Source of the DNA: Escherichia coli
Lineage (GTDB): Bacteria; Pseudomonadota; Gammaproteobacteria; Enterobacterales; Enterobacteriaceae
Reading direction: 5' to 3' (one strand)
Length of the DNA stretch: 64,000 bases
Assembly: GCF_003334785.1 (NCBI RefSeq)
Contig: NZ_QOWV01000009.1
The translations under genes and the position numbers were made by a program. Position 1 is the stretch's first letter; every line of letters begins with the position of its first letter. This document shows, in pieces, positions 13,642-26,637 of this stretch. Under the pieces are notes generated by a model that saw only the letters and a list, made by a program, of their open reading frames with translations, had not been told where the DNA came from and did no database searches.

Positions 13642-13860
13642 ATGTCCGAAAAACCTTTAACGAAAACCGATTATTTAATGCGTTTACGTCGTTGCCAGAC
13701 AATTGACACGCTGGAGCGTGTTATCGAGAAAAATAAATACGAATTATCAGATAATGAACTGGCGGTATTTTACTCAGCCGCAGATCACCGCCTCGCCGAA
13801 TTGACCATGAATAAACTGTACGACAAGATCCCTTCCTCAGTATGGAAATTTATTCGCTAA
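13642..13860 (+). CDS. hha: haemolysin expression-modulating protein Hha (H-NS partner)
   Basis: Internal Met of ORF 13396..13860; 72 aa, [72 protein letters not shown]. Confidence 0.93.
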
Positions 13861-14031
13861 TAAATAATTCGCTTTCGGAGCTATAACCGGCTGTTTATTA
13901 AGAATTTTATACTTTTTCGCCATGAAGACATACCCTATGTGATCTTTATCACACAGATGTAATGGGAACGTTCTCTTCACTGACTTTTCGTCTTACTGTG
14001 TTGCCGCATTTTCAGCAACCGGAGGTCAGTA

Positions 14032-14583
14032 ATGAGCACAGAAAAAGAAAAGATGATTGCTGGTGAGTTGTATCGCTCGGCAGATGAGACGTTATCTCGC
14101 GATCGCCTGCGCGCTCGTCAGCTTATTCACCGATACAATCATTCCCTGGCGGAAGAGCACACATTACGCCAGCAAATTCTCGCTGATCTATTCGGTCAGG
14201 TGACAGAGGCTTATATTGAGCCAACGTTTCGCTGTGACTATGGCTATAACATTTTTCTCGGTAATAATTTTTTCGCCAACTTCGATTGCGTGATGCTTGA
14301 TGTCTGCCCTATTCGCATCGGTGATAACTGTATGTTGGCACCAGGCGTTCATATCTACACGGCAACACATCCCATCGACCCTGTAGCACGTAATAGCGGT
14401 GCTGAACTGGGGAAACCCGTCACCATCGGTAATAACGTCTGGATTGGCGGACGCGCGGTCATTAACCCTGGTGTGACCATTGGTGATAACGTCGTGGTAG
14501 CCTCAGGTGCAGTTGTCACAAAAGATGTCCCGGACAACGTTGTCGTGGGCGGTAATCCAGCCAGAATAATTAAAAAATTGTAA
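14032..14583 (+). CDS. maa: maltose O-acetyltransferase (hexapeptide-repeat acyltransferase)
   Basis: ORF 14032..14583 (+), 183 aa; hexapeptide repeats ([31 protein letters not shown]). Confidence 0.92.
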
Positions 14584-14698
14584 TCGGTTTTTCGCAACTG
14601 TTATGCAAAATTGTGGTAGATCTGTTACTTCCCCTCTACTATTCCCACGTTAAAATAGGGTGTTCCCTGGAAAGTTGCAGATACCACGAAGGCAAACG

Positions 14699-15169
14699 AT
14701 GACCGAAATACAACGCCTGCTGACCGAAACGATTGAGTCTCTGAATACCCGCGAAAAACGCGACAACAAACCCCGCTTTAGTATCAGTTTTATCCGTAAA
14801 CATCCGGGGCTGTTTATCGGTATGTACGTTGCTTTTTTTGCCACCCTGGCGGTGATGTTGCAGTCCGAAACGCTGTCAGGCTCTGTCTGGCTACTGGTTG
14901 TATTATTTATCCTGCTTAATGGTTTCTTCTTTTTCGATGTCTACCCACGCTACCGCTATGAAGATATCGACGTGCTGGATTTCCGCGTTTGCTATAACGG
15001 CGAATGGTACAACACGCGCTTTGTACCTGCCGCGCTGGTTGAAGCCATCTTGAACTCTCCGCGTGTCGCGGATGTTCATAAGGAACAACTGCAAAAAATG
15101 ATCGTCCGTAAAGGTGAACTGTCTTTTTACGATATTTTTACCCTCGCTCGCGCCGAATCAACATCTTAA
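14699..15169 (+). CDS. ylaC: inner membrane protein YlaC (DUF1449)
   Basis: Internal ATG of ORF 14660..15169; 156 aa, [23 protein letters not shown]...; two predicted TM helices. Confidence 0.85.
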
Positions 15170-15326
15170 GTTAGGGTTACATACCAGGCGTAAAGCTCTG
15201 CGCCTGGTCAAATGACAATGATCGTTTCCACCCATCACTTCATGAAATACCAGCTCTACCTCCTTATCTCCAGCCAGCCTTTTTCCACAATCAGATATAC
15301 TTTCCCTACACTGTGTTAATAAGGAT

Positions 15327-16883
15327 ATGCTGGTGAGAACACGACATCTGGTCGGCCTTATTTCGGGAGTACTGATTCTTTCAGTATTGCTGCCTGTCGG
15401 CTTAAGCATCTGGCTGGCCCATCAGCAGGTAGAAACATCGTTTATTGAAGAGCTGGATACCTATTCCTCCCGCGTCGCTATTCGAGCCAATAAGGTGGCG
15501 ACACAAGGGAAAGATGCGCTGCAGGAGCTGGAAAGATGGCAAGGCGCTGCCTGTAGCGAAGCCCATCTCATGGAAATGCGTCGGGTATCTTACAGTTATC
15601 GCTATATTCAGGAAGTGGCTTATATCGATAACAACGTTCCCCAGTGTTCGTCTCTGGAGCATGAAAGTCCGCCCGATACCTTCCCCGAGCCAGGTAAAAT
15701 TTCGAAAGATGGTTATCGTGTCTGGTTAACATCGCATAACGATTTAGGCATTATCCGTTACATGGTCGCCATGGGAACGGCACATTATGTCGTCATGATC
15801 GACCCCGCTTCCTTTATTGATGTCATTCCCTATAGCTCATGGCAAATTGATGCCGCCATTATTGGCAATGCCCATAACGTTGTCATAACCAGCAGCGATG
15901 AAATTGCTCAGGGAATTATTACCAGGCTACAAAAAACACCCGGTGAGCATATCGAAAATAATGGAATCATTTACGATATCCTGCCCTTACCGGAGATGAA
16001 TATTTCGATCATCACATGGGCTTCAACGAAAATGTTGCAGAAAGGCTGGCATCGGCAAGTCTTTATTTGGTTACCGCTCGGGTTGGTGATTGGCCTGCTG
16101 GCAGCGATGTTTGTGCTGCGTATTTTGCGCCGTATTCAGTCACCGCATCATCGGCTGCAGGATGCTATCGAAAATCGTGATATTTGCGTGCACTATCAGC
16201 CGATTGTCTCCTTAGCCAATGGCAAAATTGTCGGTGCTGAGGCACTGGCGCGCTGGCCGCAGACAGACGGTAGTTGGTTGTCACCAGATAGTTTTATTCC
16301 GCTGGCACAGCAAACGGGCCTTTCTGAGCCATTGACGCTACTGATTATAAGAAGCGTCTTTGAAGATATGGGCGACTGGCTGCGTCAGCATCCACAGCAG
16401 CATATTTCGATCAATCTTGAATCCCCCGTGCTCACCTCGGAAAAAATCCCGCAATTGCTGCGTGACATGATCAATCACTATCAGGTTAATCCCAGACAGA
16501 TCGCGCTTGAACTCACTGAACGCGAGTTTGCCGATCCGAAAACCAGCGCCCCGATAATTTCTCGCTACCGGGAGGCGGGCCATGAAATTTATCTTGATGA
16601 TTTTGGTACGGGGTATTCAAGTTTAAGTTATTTACAGGATCTGGATGTCGACATTCTGAAGATCGATAAATCTTTCGTTGATGCGCTGGAATATAAAAAT
16701 GTCACGCCGCATATCATCGAAATGGCAAAAACACTGAAACTGAAAATGGTAGCGGAGGGAATCGAAACCAGTAAACAAGAAGAGTGGTTACGCCAGCATG
16801 GCGTGCACTACGGTCAGGGCTGGCTCTACAGCAAGGCATTACCGAAAGAAGATTTCTTACGCTGGGCCGAGCAACATTTGTGA
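15327..16883 (+). CDS. pdeB: c-di-GMP phosphodiesterase PdeB (CSS-EAL domain protein, YlaB)
   Basis: ORF 15327..16883 (+), 518 aa; N-terminal TM/periplasmic CSS region and C-terminal EAL domain (EALARW..., DDFGTGYSSLSYL); the true start may be the GTG two codons in. Confidence 0.9.
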   Translation: MLVRTRHLVGLISGVLILSVLLPVGLSIWLAHQQVETSFIEELDTYSSRVAIRANKVATQGKDALQELERWQGAACSEAHLMEMRRVSYSYRYIQEVAYIDNNVPQCSSLEHESPPDTFPEPGKISKDGYRVWLTSHNDLGIIRYMVAMGTAHYVVMIDPASFIDVIPYSSWQIDAAIIGNAHNVVITSSDEIAQGIITRLQKTPGEHIENNGIIYDILPLPEMNISIITWASTKMLQKGWHRQVFIWLPLGLVIGLLAAMFVLRILRRIQSPHHRLQDAIENRDICVHYQPIVSLANGKIVGAEALARWPQTDGSWLSPDSFIPLAQQTGLSEPLTLLIIRSVFEDMGDWLRQHPQQHISINLESPVLTSEKIPQLLRDMINHYQVNPRQIALELTEREFADPKTSAPIISRYREAGHEIYLDDFGTGYSSLSYLQDLDVDILKIDKSFVDALEYKNVTPHIIEMAKTLKLKMVAEGIETSKQEEWLRQHGVHYGQGWLYSKALPKEDFLRWAEQHL

Positions 16884-16924
16884 ATTTTTGGGCTGACGGC
16901 ACGCCGCACAGCCCGTCACGCTAC

Positions 16925-17278
16925 CTATTCGTCGATGATTGACTCGAATCCGCCATAGATCATTCGCTTGCCGTCAAACGGCATGGACTCGCCGAACTCT
17001 TTCATCCGTGGGTCCGACATCATCTTTTGATTAGCAGCGTCGCGGACCTCTTTTGAAGGGTATTCAATCCAGCTAAAGACAACCTCTTCATTCTCTTCCG
17101 CTTTCACCGCCATACGAAAATCGGTCACTTTGCCATCCGGTACATCGCTGGCCCAGCATTCGACAATACGAAGCGCGCCAAACTCTTTAAACAATGGCGC
17201 AGCCTTAGCGGCCATTTCCCGATAGGCATCCTTTTTATCGGCAGGAACGGCAACCACAAAACCATCAACATACTTCAT
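16925..17278 (-). CDS. ybaA: DUF1428 family protein
   Basis: ORF 16925..17278 (-), 117 aa, MKYVDGFVVAVPADKKDAYREMAAKAAPLFKEFGA... Confidence 0.88.
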   Translation of the reverse strand: MKYVDGFVVAVPADKKDAYREMAAKAAPLFKEFGALRIVECWASDVPDGKVTDFRMAVKAEENEEVVFSWIEYPSKEVRDAANQKMMSDPRMKEFGESMPFDGKRMIYGGFESIIDE

Positions 17279-17388
17279 CAGACATACCTCCGAAGCGTAC
17301 TGCGCAGCCAGACAATTCTTGCGACGTCAGTTGTGGTTAAAGTTTAGCCATGTTGGGATTTTTTGACGAAACGGTGGGAGGCAGAAAT

Positions 17389-17502
17389 GGGTGGGGGCCC
17401 TGCCAGCTACATCCCGGCACACGCGTCATCTGCCTTGGCTGCTTCCTTCCGGACCTGACCTGGTAAACAGAGTAGCGTTGCGGGAGAACCAACAGAGCCC
17501 CC
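17389..17502 (-). ncRNA. ffs: 4.5S RNA (signal recognition particle RNA)
   Basis: Minus strand reads GGGGGCTCTGTTGGTTCTCCCGCAACGCTACTCTGTTTACCAGGTCAGGTCCGGAAGGAAGCAGCCAAGGCAGATGACGCGTGTGCCGGGATGTAGCTGGCAGGGCCCCCACCC (114 nt), the E. coli 4.5S RNA; coordinates anchored through the overlapping ORF 17337..17675. Confidence 0.95.
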
Positions 17503-17578
17503 ATTGAGAGCGTTGAGAACCAACGCGCAGGCGCATTATCACTGCTGCCCCGGCTAATTGCAACCCATCGCGTGCCAG

Positions 17579-17968
17579 ATGCTGGTTTCTTGCGCAATGC
17601 GACTTCACTCGGGCGTTTTTCCAGATTATGCTGAAAAATTACCTCAGGAAGAAAAGATGGAAAAAGAAGATTCATTTCCCCAACGCGTCTGGCAAATCGT
17701 CGCCGCTATTCCCGAAGGCTATGTCACCACTTACGGTGATGTGGCGAAACTGGCGGGATCGCCCCGCGCCGCGCGCCAGGTGGGCGGTGTGTTAAAGCGT
17801 CTCCCTGAAGGCAGCACCTTACCCTGGCACCGGGTGGTTAATCGCCACGGCACAATTTCGCTAACCGGACCGGATTTACAGCGTCAGCGACAGGCATTAC
17901 TGGCAGAAGGTGTGATGGTATCGGGAAGCGGGCAAATCGACTTGCAGCGTTATCGCTGGAACTACTAA
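17579..17968 (+). CDS. atl: alkyltransferase-like protein Atl (YbaZ)
   Basis: Internal Met of ORF 17558..17968; 129 aa, MLVSCAMRLHSGVFPDYAEKLPQEEKMEKEDSFPQRVWQIVAAIPEGYVTTYGDVAKLAG... Confidence 0.88.
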   Translation: MLVSCAMRLHSGVFPDYAEKLPQEEKMEKEDSFPQRVWQIVAAIPEGYVTTYGDVAKLAGSPRAARQVGGVLKRLPEGSTLPWHRVVNRHGTISLTGPDLQRQRQALLAEGVMVSGSGQIDLQRYRWNY

Positions 17969-17988
17969 CCCTCTCCGGGCGGAGAGGG
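17969..17988. terminator. bidirectional terminator hairpin between convergent atl and ybaY
   Basis: CCCTCTCC-GGGC-GGAGAGGG perfect 8-bp stem filling most of the 30-nt gap. Confidence 0.65.
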
Positions 17989-17998
17989 TTAACGTCGC

Positions 17999-18571
17999 TT
18001 AATATTGCGTAGGAGCTGGAACTGCCGAAGACGGATTCACCTGAGTTGGTGAAGTCGAAGGTACGGTAGTCGTTGCGCCACCGCTGGCCTGAACCGGCAC
18101 GGCGGTTTGCTGTACCGGCACCAATGTCAGGTCGGCTTTAGTTCCGCCCTGGTTGATCACCGGCTGAACGGTATCGGTGATAAATACCTGTTTGTCATTC
18201 ACGGTAATCGCCGCACTCAACAGAATACGCGCGTTCGGCTGAACATCTGCCGGGTTAAATGGCAGAACAAAGCTGAATGGTGACTGTTTACCTTCAGTAC
18301 GCACCGCTTTCTGCGCCAGCACTTTTGACGGTGCATCGGCTAACGACGCGTCAGAAAGTGTCACGGTCAGCACAGCATCAGGCGGCAGTGCGACTTTCTG
18401 ACGGATCCAGACGGTACCGGAGACATTCGGTTGCTGGATAGCTGGTTGTTGTGTTGCTGAAATAGACGTATTTGCAGCCGGTGCTGGCGTCTGAATATCC
18501 GCGCTTTTATCTGCGCAAGCCGCCAACGCAATCGCAACCGCTAAACCACTGGCCATGTGCACGAGTTTCAT
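17999..18571 (-). CDS. ybaY: outer membrane lipoprotein YbaY
   Basis: ORF 17999..18571 (-), 190 aa, MKLVHMASGLAVAIALAACADKS (lipobox LAAC). Confidence 0.88.
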   Translation of the reverse strand: MKLVHMASGLAVAIALAACADKSADIQTPAPAANTSISATQQPAIQQPNVSGTVWIRQKVALPPDAVLTVTLSDASLADAPSKVLAQKAVRTEGKQSPFSFVLPFNPADVQPNARILLSAAITVNDKQVFITDTVQPVINQGGTKADLTLVPVQQTAVPVQASGGATTTVPSTSPTQVNPSSAVPAPTQY

Positions 18572-18788
18572 TCATTTCTCCTTATTATCAATGCACCAGC
18601 GGGCTAACTTTCCTCGCCGGAAGAGTGGTTAACAAAATAGTAACGTCAACAAGTGTGGCACACATCACGCATTTCTGCCTGTAATTAGCCCGTAATTCAG
18701 ACCATTGCACCCATCGGACCAGTAGCAAATTTGCGTTATACTCAACTCACTTTGGCTTGCTGCGGCAGCTTTGTTACTGGAGAGTTAT

Positions 18789-19649
18789 ATGAGTCAGGCG
18801 CTAAAAAATTTACTGACATTGTTAAATCTGGAAAAAATTGAGGAAGGACTCTTTCGCGGCCAGAGTGAAGATTTAGGTTTACGCCAGGTGTTTGGCGGCC
18901 AGGTCGTGGGTCAGGCCTTGTATGCTGCAAAAGAGACCGTCCCTGAAGAGCGGCTGGTACATTCGTTTCACAGCTACTTTCTTCGCCCTGGCGATAGTAA
19001 GAAGCCGATTATTTATGATGTCGAAACGCTGCGTGACGGTAACAGCTTCAGCGCCCGCCGGGTTGCTGCTATTCAAAACGGCAAACCGATTTTTTATATG
19101 ACTGCCTCTTTCCAGGCACCAGAAGCGGGTTTCGAACATCAAAAAACAATGCCGTCCGCGCCAGCGCCTGATGGCCTACCTTCGGAAACGCAAATCGCCC
19201 AATCGCTGGCGCACCTGCTGCCGCCAGTGCTGAAAGATAAATTCATCTGCGATCGTCCGCTGGAAGTCCGTCCGGTGGAGTTTCATAACCCACTGAAAGG
19301 TCACGTCGCAGAACCACATCGTCAGGTGTGGATCCGCGCAAATGGTAGCGTGCCGGATGACCTGCGCGTTCATCAGTATCTGCTCGGTTACGCTTCTGAT
19401 CTTAACTTCCTGCCGGTAGCTCTACAGCCGCACGGCATCGGTTTTCTCGAACCGGGGATTCAGATTGCCACCATTGACCATTCCATGTGGTTCCATCGCC
19501 CGTTTAATTTGAATGAATGGCTGCTGTATAGCGTGGAGAGCACCTCGGCGTCCAGCGCACGTGGCTTTGTGCGCGGTGAGTTTTATACCCAAGACGGCGT
19601 ACTGGTTGCCTCGACCGTTCAGGAAGGGGTGATGCGTAATCACAATTAA
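18789..19649 (+). CDS. tesB: acyl-CoA thioesterase II
   Basis: Internal ATG of ORF 18771..19649; 286 aa, [48 protein letters not shown]... Confidence 0.95.
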
Positions 19650-19655
19650 AAAAAT

Positions 19656-19688
19656 AGCCGGAGGTGAAAACCGTCCGGCTGTTTTTTG
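19656..19688. terminator. bidirectional intrinsic terminator between convergent tesB and amtB
   Basis: AGCCGGAG-GTGAAAACCG-TCCGGCT hairpin flanked by AAAAAAAT on one side and GTTTTTTG on the other. Confidence 0.8.
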
Positions 19689-19697
19689 CAGTGCTTG

Positions 19698-20984
19698 TTA
19701 CGCGTTATAGGCATTCTCGCCGTGGCTGTTGACATCCAGCCCTTCTCGCTCCTGCTCTTCCGGTACACGCAGACCAACCGTCAGATCCGCCAATTTGTAG
19801 CCGATAAATGCCACAACACCGGACCAGACGATCGTAATGGCGATGCTTTCCAGCTGTACCAGCAACTGATGGCCCATCGTCACACCTTCAGCGAAGCCCA
19901 CGCCGCCCAGCGAGCTGGCGGCAAAAATCCCGGTCATGATACAGCCGACAATGCCACAAACGCCGTGCACACCGAAGACATCGCAGGGATCATCCACCCG
20001 CAGCAAGCGTTTGAGCATGGTAACGCCCCACAAGCCCGCCAGACCAGCTACCACGCCGATAATCAACGCGCCGCCAACCCCAATGTAGCCGCAGGCTGGC
20101 GTCACGCCGACCAGACCGGCAATCGCGCCAGAACACGCCCCCAGCAGTGAAGGCTTACCACGCAGCGCCCATTCACCGAAGATCCAGCCAAGAATTGCCG
20201 CCGCCGTTGCGACCACAGTATTCACAAATGCCAGTGCCGCGATTTCATTCGCCGTGCCCGCTGACCCGGCGTTAAAGCCAAACCAACCGATATAGAGAAT
20301 GGCAGTCCCGGTGAAGACCATCGGCAGGTTGTGCGGTTTAAACGCCTCTTTACCGAAGCCCACGCGTTTTCCTATCAGATACGCGCCCACCAGACCGGCG
20401 ATTGCGGCGTTAATGTGCACCACGGTGCCACCCGCGAAATCCAGCGCACCGTGAGAAGCCAGCAAACCACCGCCCCACACCATATGCGCAATCGGAATGT
20501 AAGAGAGCGTCAGCCATACCACCACGAAAATCAACACAGCTGAGAAGCGGATTCGTTCCGCCAGCGCCCCAACTATCAAGCCGACGGTAATGCAGGCAAA
20601 CGATCCCTGAAACGCCACGTGGATATACTGATAAATGCTGCCCATCACCGCCGTCAGTTCGATGTTTTTCAGCATCAACCAGTTAATGTTGCCGAAGAAG
20701 TTGTTGCCCTCACCAAACGCCAGCGAGTAACCGTAAACCACCCAGAGAATACAGACCAGTGCAAATGTCACCGTCACCTGCGTCAGCATCGACAGCACGT
20801 TTTTGCCGCGAATCAACCCACCGTAAAACAGGGCAATCCCCGGAATAGTCATAAACAGCACCAGCGCAGTACAAATCATCATAAACGCATTGTCGGCTTT
20901 ATCGGCCACCGCAGGTGCAGCCATTACCAGTCCCGGAAGCATCGCCAGTGAAGCAAGCCCAGTTTTTATCGTCGCTATCTTCAT
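19698..20984 (-). CDS. amtB: ammonium transporter AmtB
   Basis: ORF 19698..20984 (-), 428 aa, signal peptide then polytopic membrane protein. Confidence 0.96.
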   Translation of the reverse strand: MKIATIKTGLASLAMLPGLVMAAPAVADKADNAFMMICTALVLFMTIPGIALFYGGLIRGKNVLSMLTQVTVTFALVCILWVVYGYSLAFGEGNNFFGNINWLMLKNIELTAVMGSIYQYIHVAFQGSFACITVGLIVGALAERIRFSAVLIFVVVWLTLSYIPIAHMVWGGGLLASHGALDFAGGTVVHINAAIAGLVGAYLIGKRVGFGKEAFKPHNLPMVFTGTAILYIGWFGFNAGSAGTANEIAALAFVNTVVATAAAILGWIFGEWALRGKPSLLGACSGAIAGLVGVTPACGYIGVGGALIIGVVAGLAGLWGVTMLKRLLRVDDPCDVFGVHGVCGIVGCIMTGIFAASSLGGVGFAEGVTMGHQLLVQLESIAITIVWSGVVAFIGYKLADLTVGLRVPEEQEREGLDVNSHGENAYNA

Positions 20985-21013
20985 TTTTCGTTCCTGTTGC
21001 TGTGTGCCAGAGA

Positions 21014-21352
21014 TTACAGCGCCGCTTCGTCGGCTTCGCCGGTACGAATACGAATGACGCGTTGCAATTCAGCGACGAAGATTTTGCCGTCGCCAATTTT
21101 TCCGGTGTAAGCCGCCTTACTGACGATATCGATCACTTCATCGAGTTGGTCATCAGCAATCGCCACATCAATTTTTACTTTTGGCAGGAAATTGACGCTG
21201 TATTCCGCCCCCCGGTACAGCTCGGCATGCCCTTTCTGACGCCCGAAACCTTTCACTTCGGTGACGGTCAGGCCCTGAATACCAATGGAAGATAACGCTT
21301 CACGAACGTCTTCCAGCTTGAATGGTTTGATTATCACGGTCACCAGCTTCAT
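21014..21352 (-). CDS. glnK: nitrogen regulatory protein PII-2 (GlnK)
   Basis: Internal Met of ORF 21014..21490; 112 aa, MKLVTVIIKPFKLEDVREALSSIGIQGLTVTEVKGFGRQKGHAELYRGAEY (T-loop Y51); 29 nt upstream of amtB. Confidence 0.95.
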   Translation of the reverse strand: MKLVTVIIKPFKLEDVREALSSIGIQGLTVTEVKGFGRQKGHAELYRGAEYSVNFLPKVKIDVAIADDQLDEVIDIVSKAAYTGKIGDGKIFVAELQRVIRIRTGEADEAAL

Positions 21353-21404
21353 AGATCCCCTCCGGTCAGAATTCGGTAATGGTTCTGCTACACGAAGAAG
21401 GTAT

Positions 21405-21420
21405 TGCAAGCGGTGTGCCA
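21405..21420 (-). promoter_or_regulatory. sigma-54 (RpoN) -24/-12 promoter of glnK-amtB
   Basis: Minus strand reads TGGCAC-ACCGC-TTGCA, the sigma-54 consensus (TGGCAC-N5-TTGCA), about 55 nt upstream of the glnK start codon. Confidence 0.8.
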
Positions 21421-21532
21421 GAAATGAAAAACGAGAAAGAGAGCAGGAAGTTAAGAAGTTTGAAAATGAAAACGCACTATGACAGTGCACAGTGCGTTAC
21501 ATTTTTGCACCAACGATGAAATATTGCGCTAT

Positions 21533-25079
<3,547 letters not shown>

Positions 25080-25108
25080 GCGTTGTGTCCTGACCTGATT
25101 CTGGATAT

Positions 25109-25567
25109 TTATTCGATGGGTAAAGAAGTGGTGTATTTAATCTGTTCCATCGCGAAGCTGGAAGTGACGTCCGACAGCCCCGGCACGCTGTTTACCAGAC
25201 GCTTATAAAACTCGTCGTAGCGTTTCATGTCGGCAACCTGGACGCGCATCAGATAATCGTATTCACCAGCCATGCGCCAGAACCCCAGCACTTCTGGCAT
25301 TTCGGTAACCACCGTGACAAAGCGGCAATACCATTCGCTGCTGTGATGTTGCGTTTTTATCAGCACAAAAGCGGTCAGGCCGAGGCCTATTTTTTCCGGA
25401 TCCAGCAGGGCGACTTTGCCGATAAGGATACCGTCGTCCTCCAGCCGTTTCAGGCGCTTCCAGCAAGGGGGGGTTGTCAGATTAACGGCTTCAGCCAGTG
25501 CCTGCAAAGAGAGGGTGCAATCCTGCTGCAGTAAGGCCAGCAGCTTACGGTCAATTTTATCTAACAT
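25109..25567 (-). CDS. decR: Lrp/AsnC-family transcriptional regulator DecR (YbaO)
   Basis: Internal Met of ORF 25109..25795; 152 aa, [62 protein letters not shown]... Confidence 0.9.
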   Translation of the reverse strand: MLDKIDRKLLALLQQDCTLSLQALAEAVNLTTPPCWKRLKRLEDDGILIGKVALLDPEKIGLGLTAFVLIKTQHHSSEWYCRFVTVVTEMPEVLGFWRMAGEYDYLMRVQVADMKRYDEFYKRLVNSVPGLSDVTSSFAMEQIKYTTSLPIE

Positions 25568-25719
25568 AGCCCTTCCACAGAGAATTTTTTTCTCTTTTAA
25601 TTTTATTTTAAAGGTGAAATCACGACAATTTATTCTGTGCGGTTTAAACACCACGGCACAAAATGACAAATTCAACGCAAAAAAAACCGGGCAATTGCCC
25701 GGTGCTGGAAGGGATCTCG

Positions 25720-26538
25720 TTATTCGGGGGAATAAGGTAGATGTGGATAGTCCAGCCAGTGCGTCAAATAGTGAGAGACAGCCTGATTTCGGCAATGTCC
25801 AATCACCGGTAAATGCGGGAGCTCCGCGCGCAGTTGCGGCATCGCATTGCCCATAATAAATCCGCTACCGACGCTGACTAACATTTCGCGATCGTTCATC
25901 GCATCACCAAAGGCCATGCAATCGCGCAACGATAAACCTAAATGTTGGGTCAGCACCGTCAATGCAGCGCCTTTATTGCAGCCCACCGGCAGCACTTCGA
26001 GGCAATCCGTGGCGGAAAAACACAAATGTGCACGCTCGCCTAATGCTTCGTATAGCTGGATCTGCAAGCGTGTAAGATCGTCGTGATCGCCACAGAAGCA
26101 GATCTTGGTGACGCTGCCGAGTGGCATTTTTTTGACATCGATTATCTGATAACGAAAACCGCTATAGACAAATGCCTGCAACAACGCAGGGATCTCTTTC
26201 CCGGTAAACCAACCGTCGTCATTGAAGATATGCATGCTGGCTCGGGTATCCCATTGCTGATACAGCACCAGCTCCGCGACATCCGCAGGTAAATCATCAC
26301 GATGTAAAAGTTCACCTTCCAGAGAATGCACGCGCGTTCCGTTGCCGGTAATCAAATACGCATCCAGCGATAGCGCCCCGAGAATATGCTGCATCTCCAG
26401 CGCATGACGCCCCGTGGCAAAAGTGAGGGTAATGTCGCGTTCACGCAGTCGCGCCAAAGTAGAGAGGGTTTTCTCACCTAAATGATGGTCAGGCATCAAT
26501 AAAGTGCCATCCATATCAAATGCTGCCAGACGAGCCAT
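25720..26538 (-). CDS. cof: HAD-family HMP-PP phosphatase Cof
   Basis: Internal Met of ORF 25720..26550; 272 aa, [14 protein letters not shown] (HAD motif I DxDGT). Confidence 0.92.
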   Translation of the reverse strand: MARLAAFDMDGTLLMPDHHLGEKTLSTLARLRERDITLTFATGRHALEMQHILGALSLDAYLITGNGTRVHSLEGELLHRDDLPADVAELVLYQQWDTRASMHIFNDDGWFTGKEIPALLQAFVYSGFRYQIIDVKKMPLGSVTKICFCGDHDDLTRLQIQLYEALGERAHLCFSATDCLEVLPVGCNKGAALTVLTQHLGLSLRDCMAFGDAMNDREMLVSVGSGFIMGNAMPQLRAELPHLPVIGHCRNQAVSHYLTHWLDYPHLPYSPE

Positions 26539-26637
26539 TTCTTTCTCCACTCTGTGACACGGTTAATGGTGATTGAGTATCACCTGATATATACGGAAGT
26601 AATAGTGAATAGTTAAATAATATTGTTCCGGGTTTAT

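Noticed and set aside
17337-17675. 112-aa minus-strand ORF in the ybaA-atl spacer
   Set aside because: It is read straight through the 4.5S RNA gene (ffs); the ORF is an artefact of the GC-rich structured RNA sequence.
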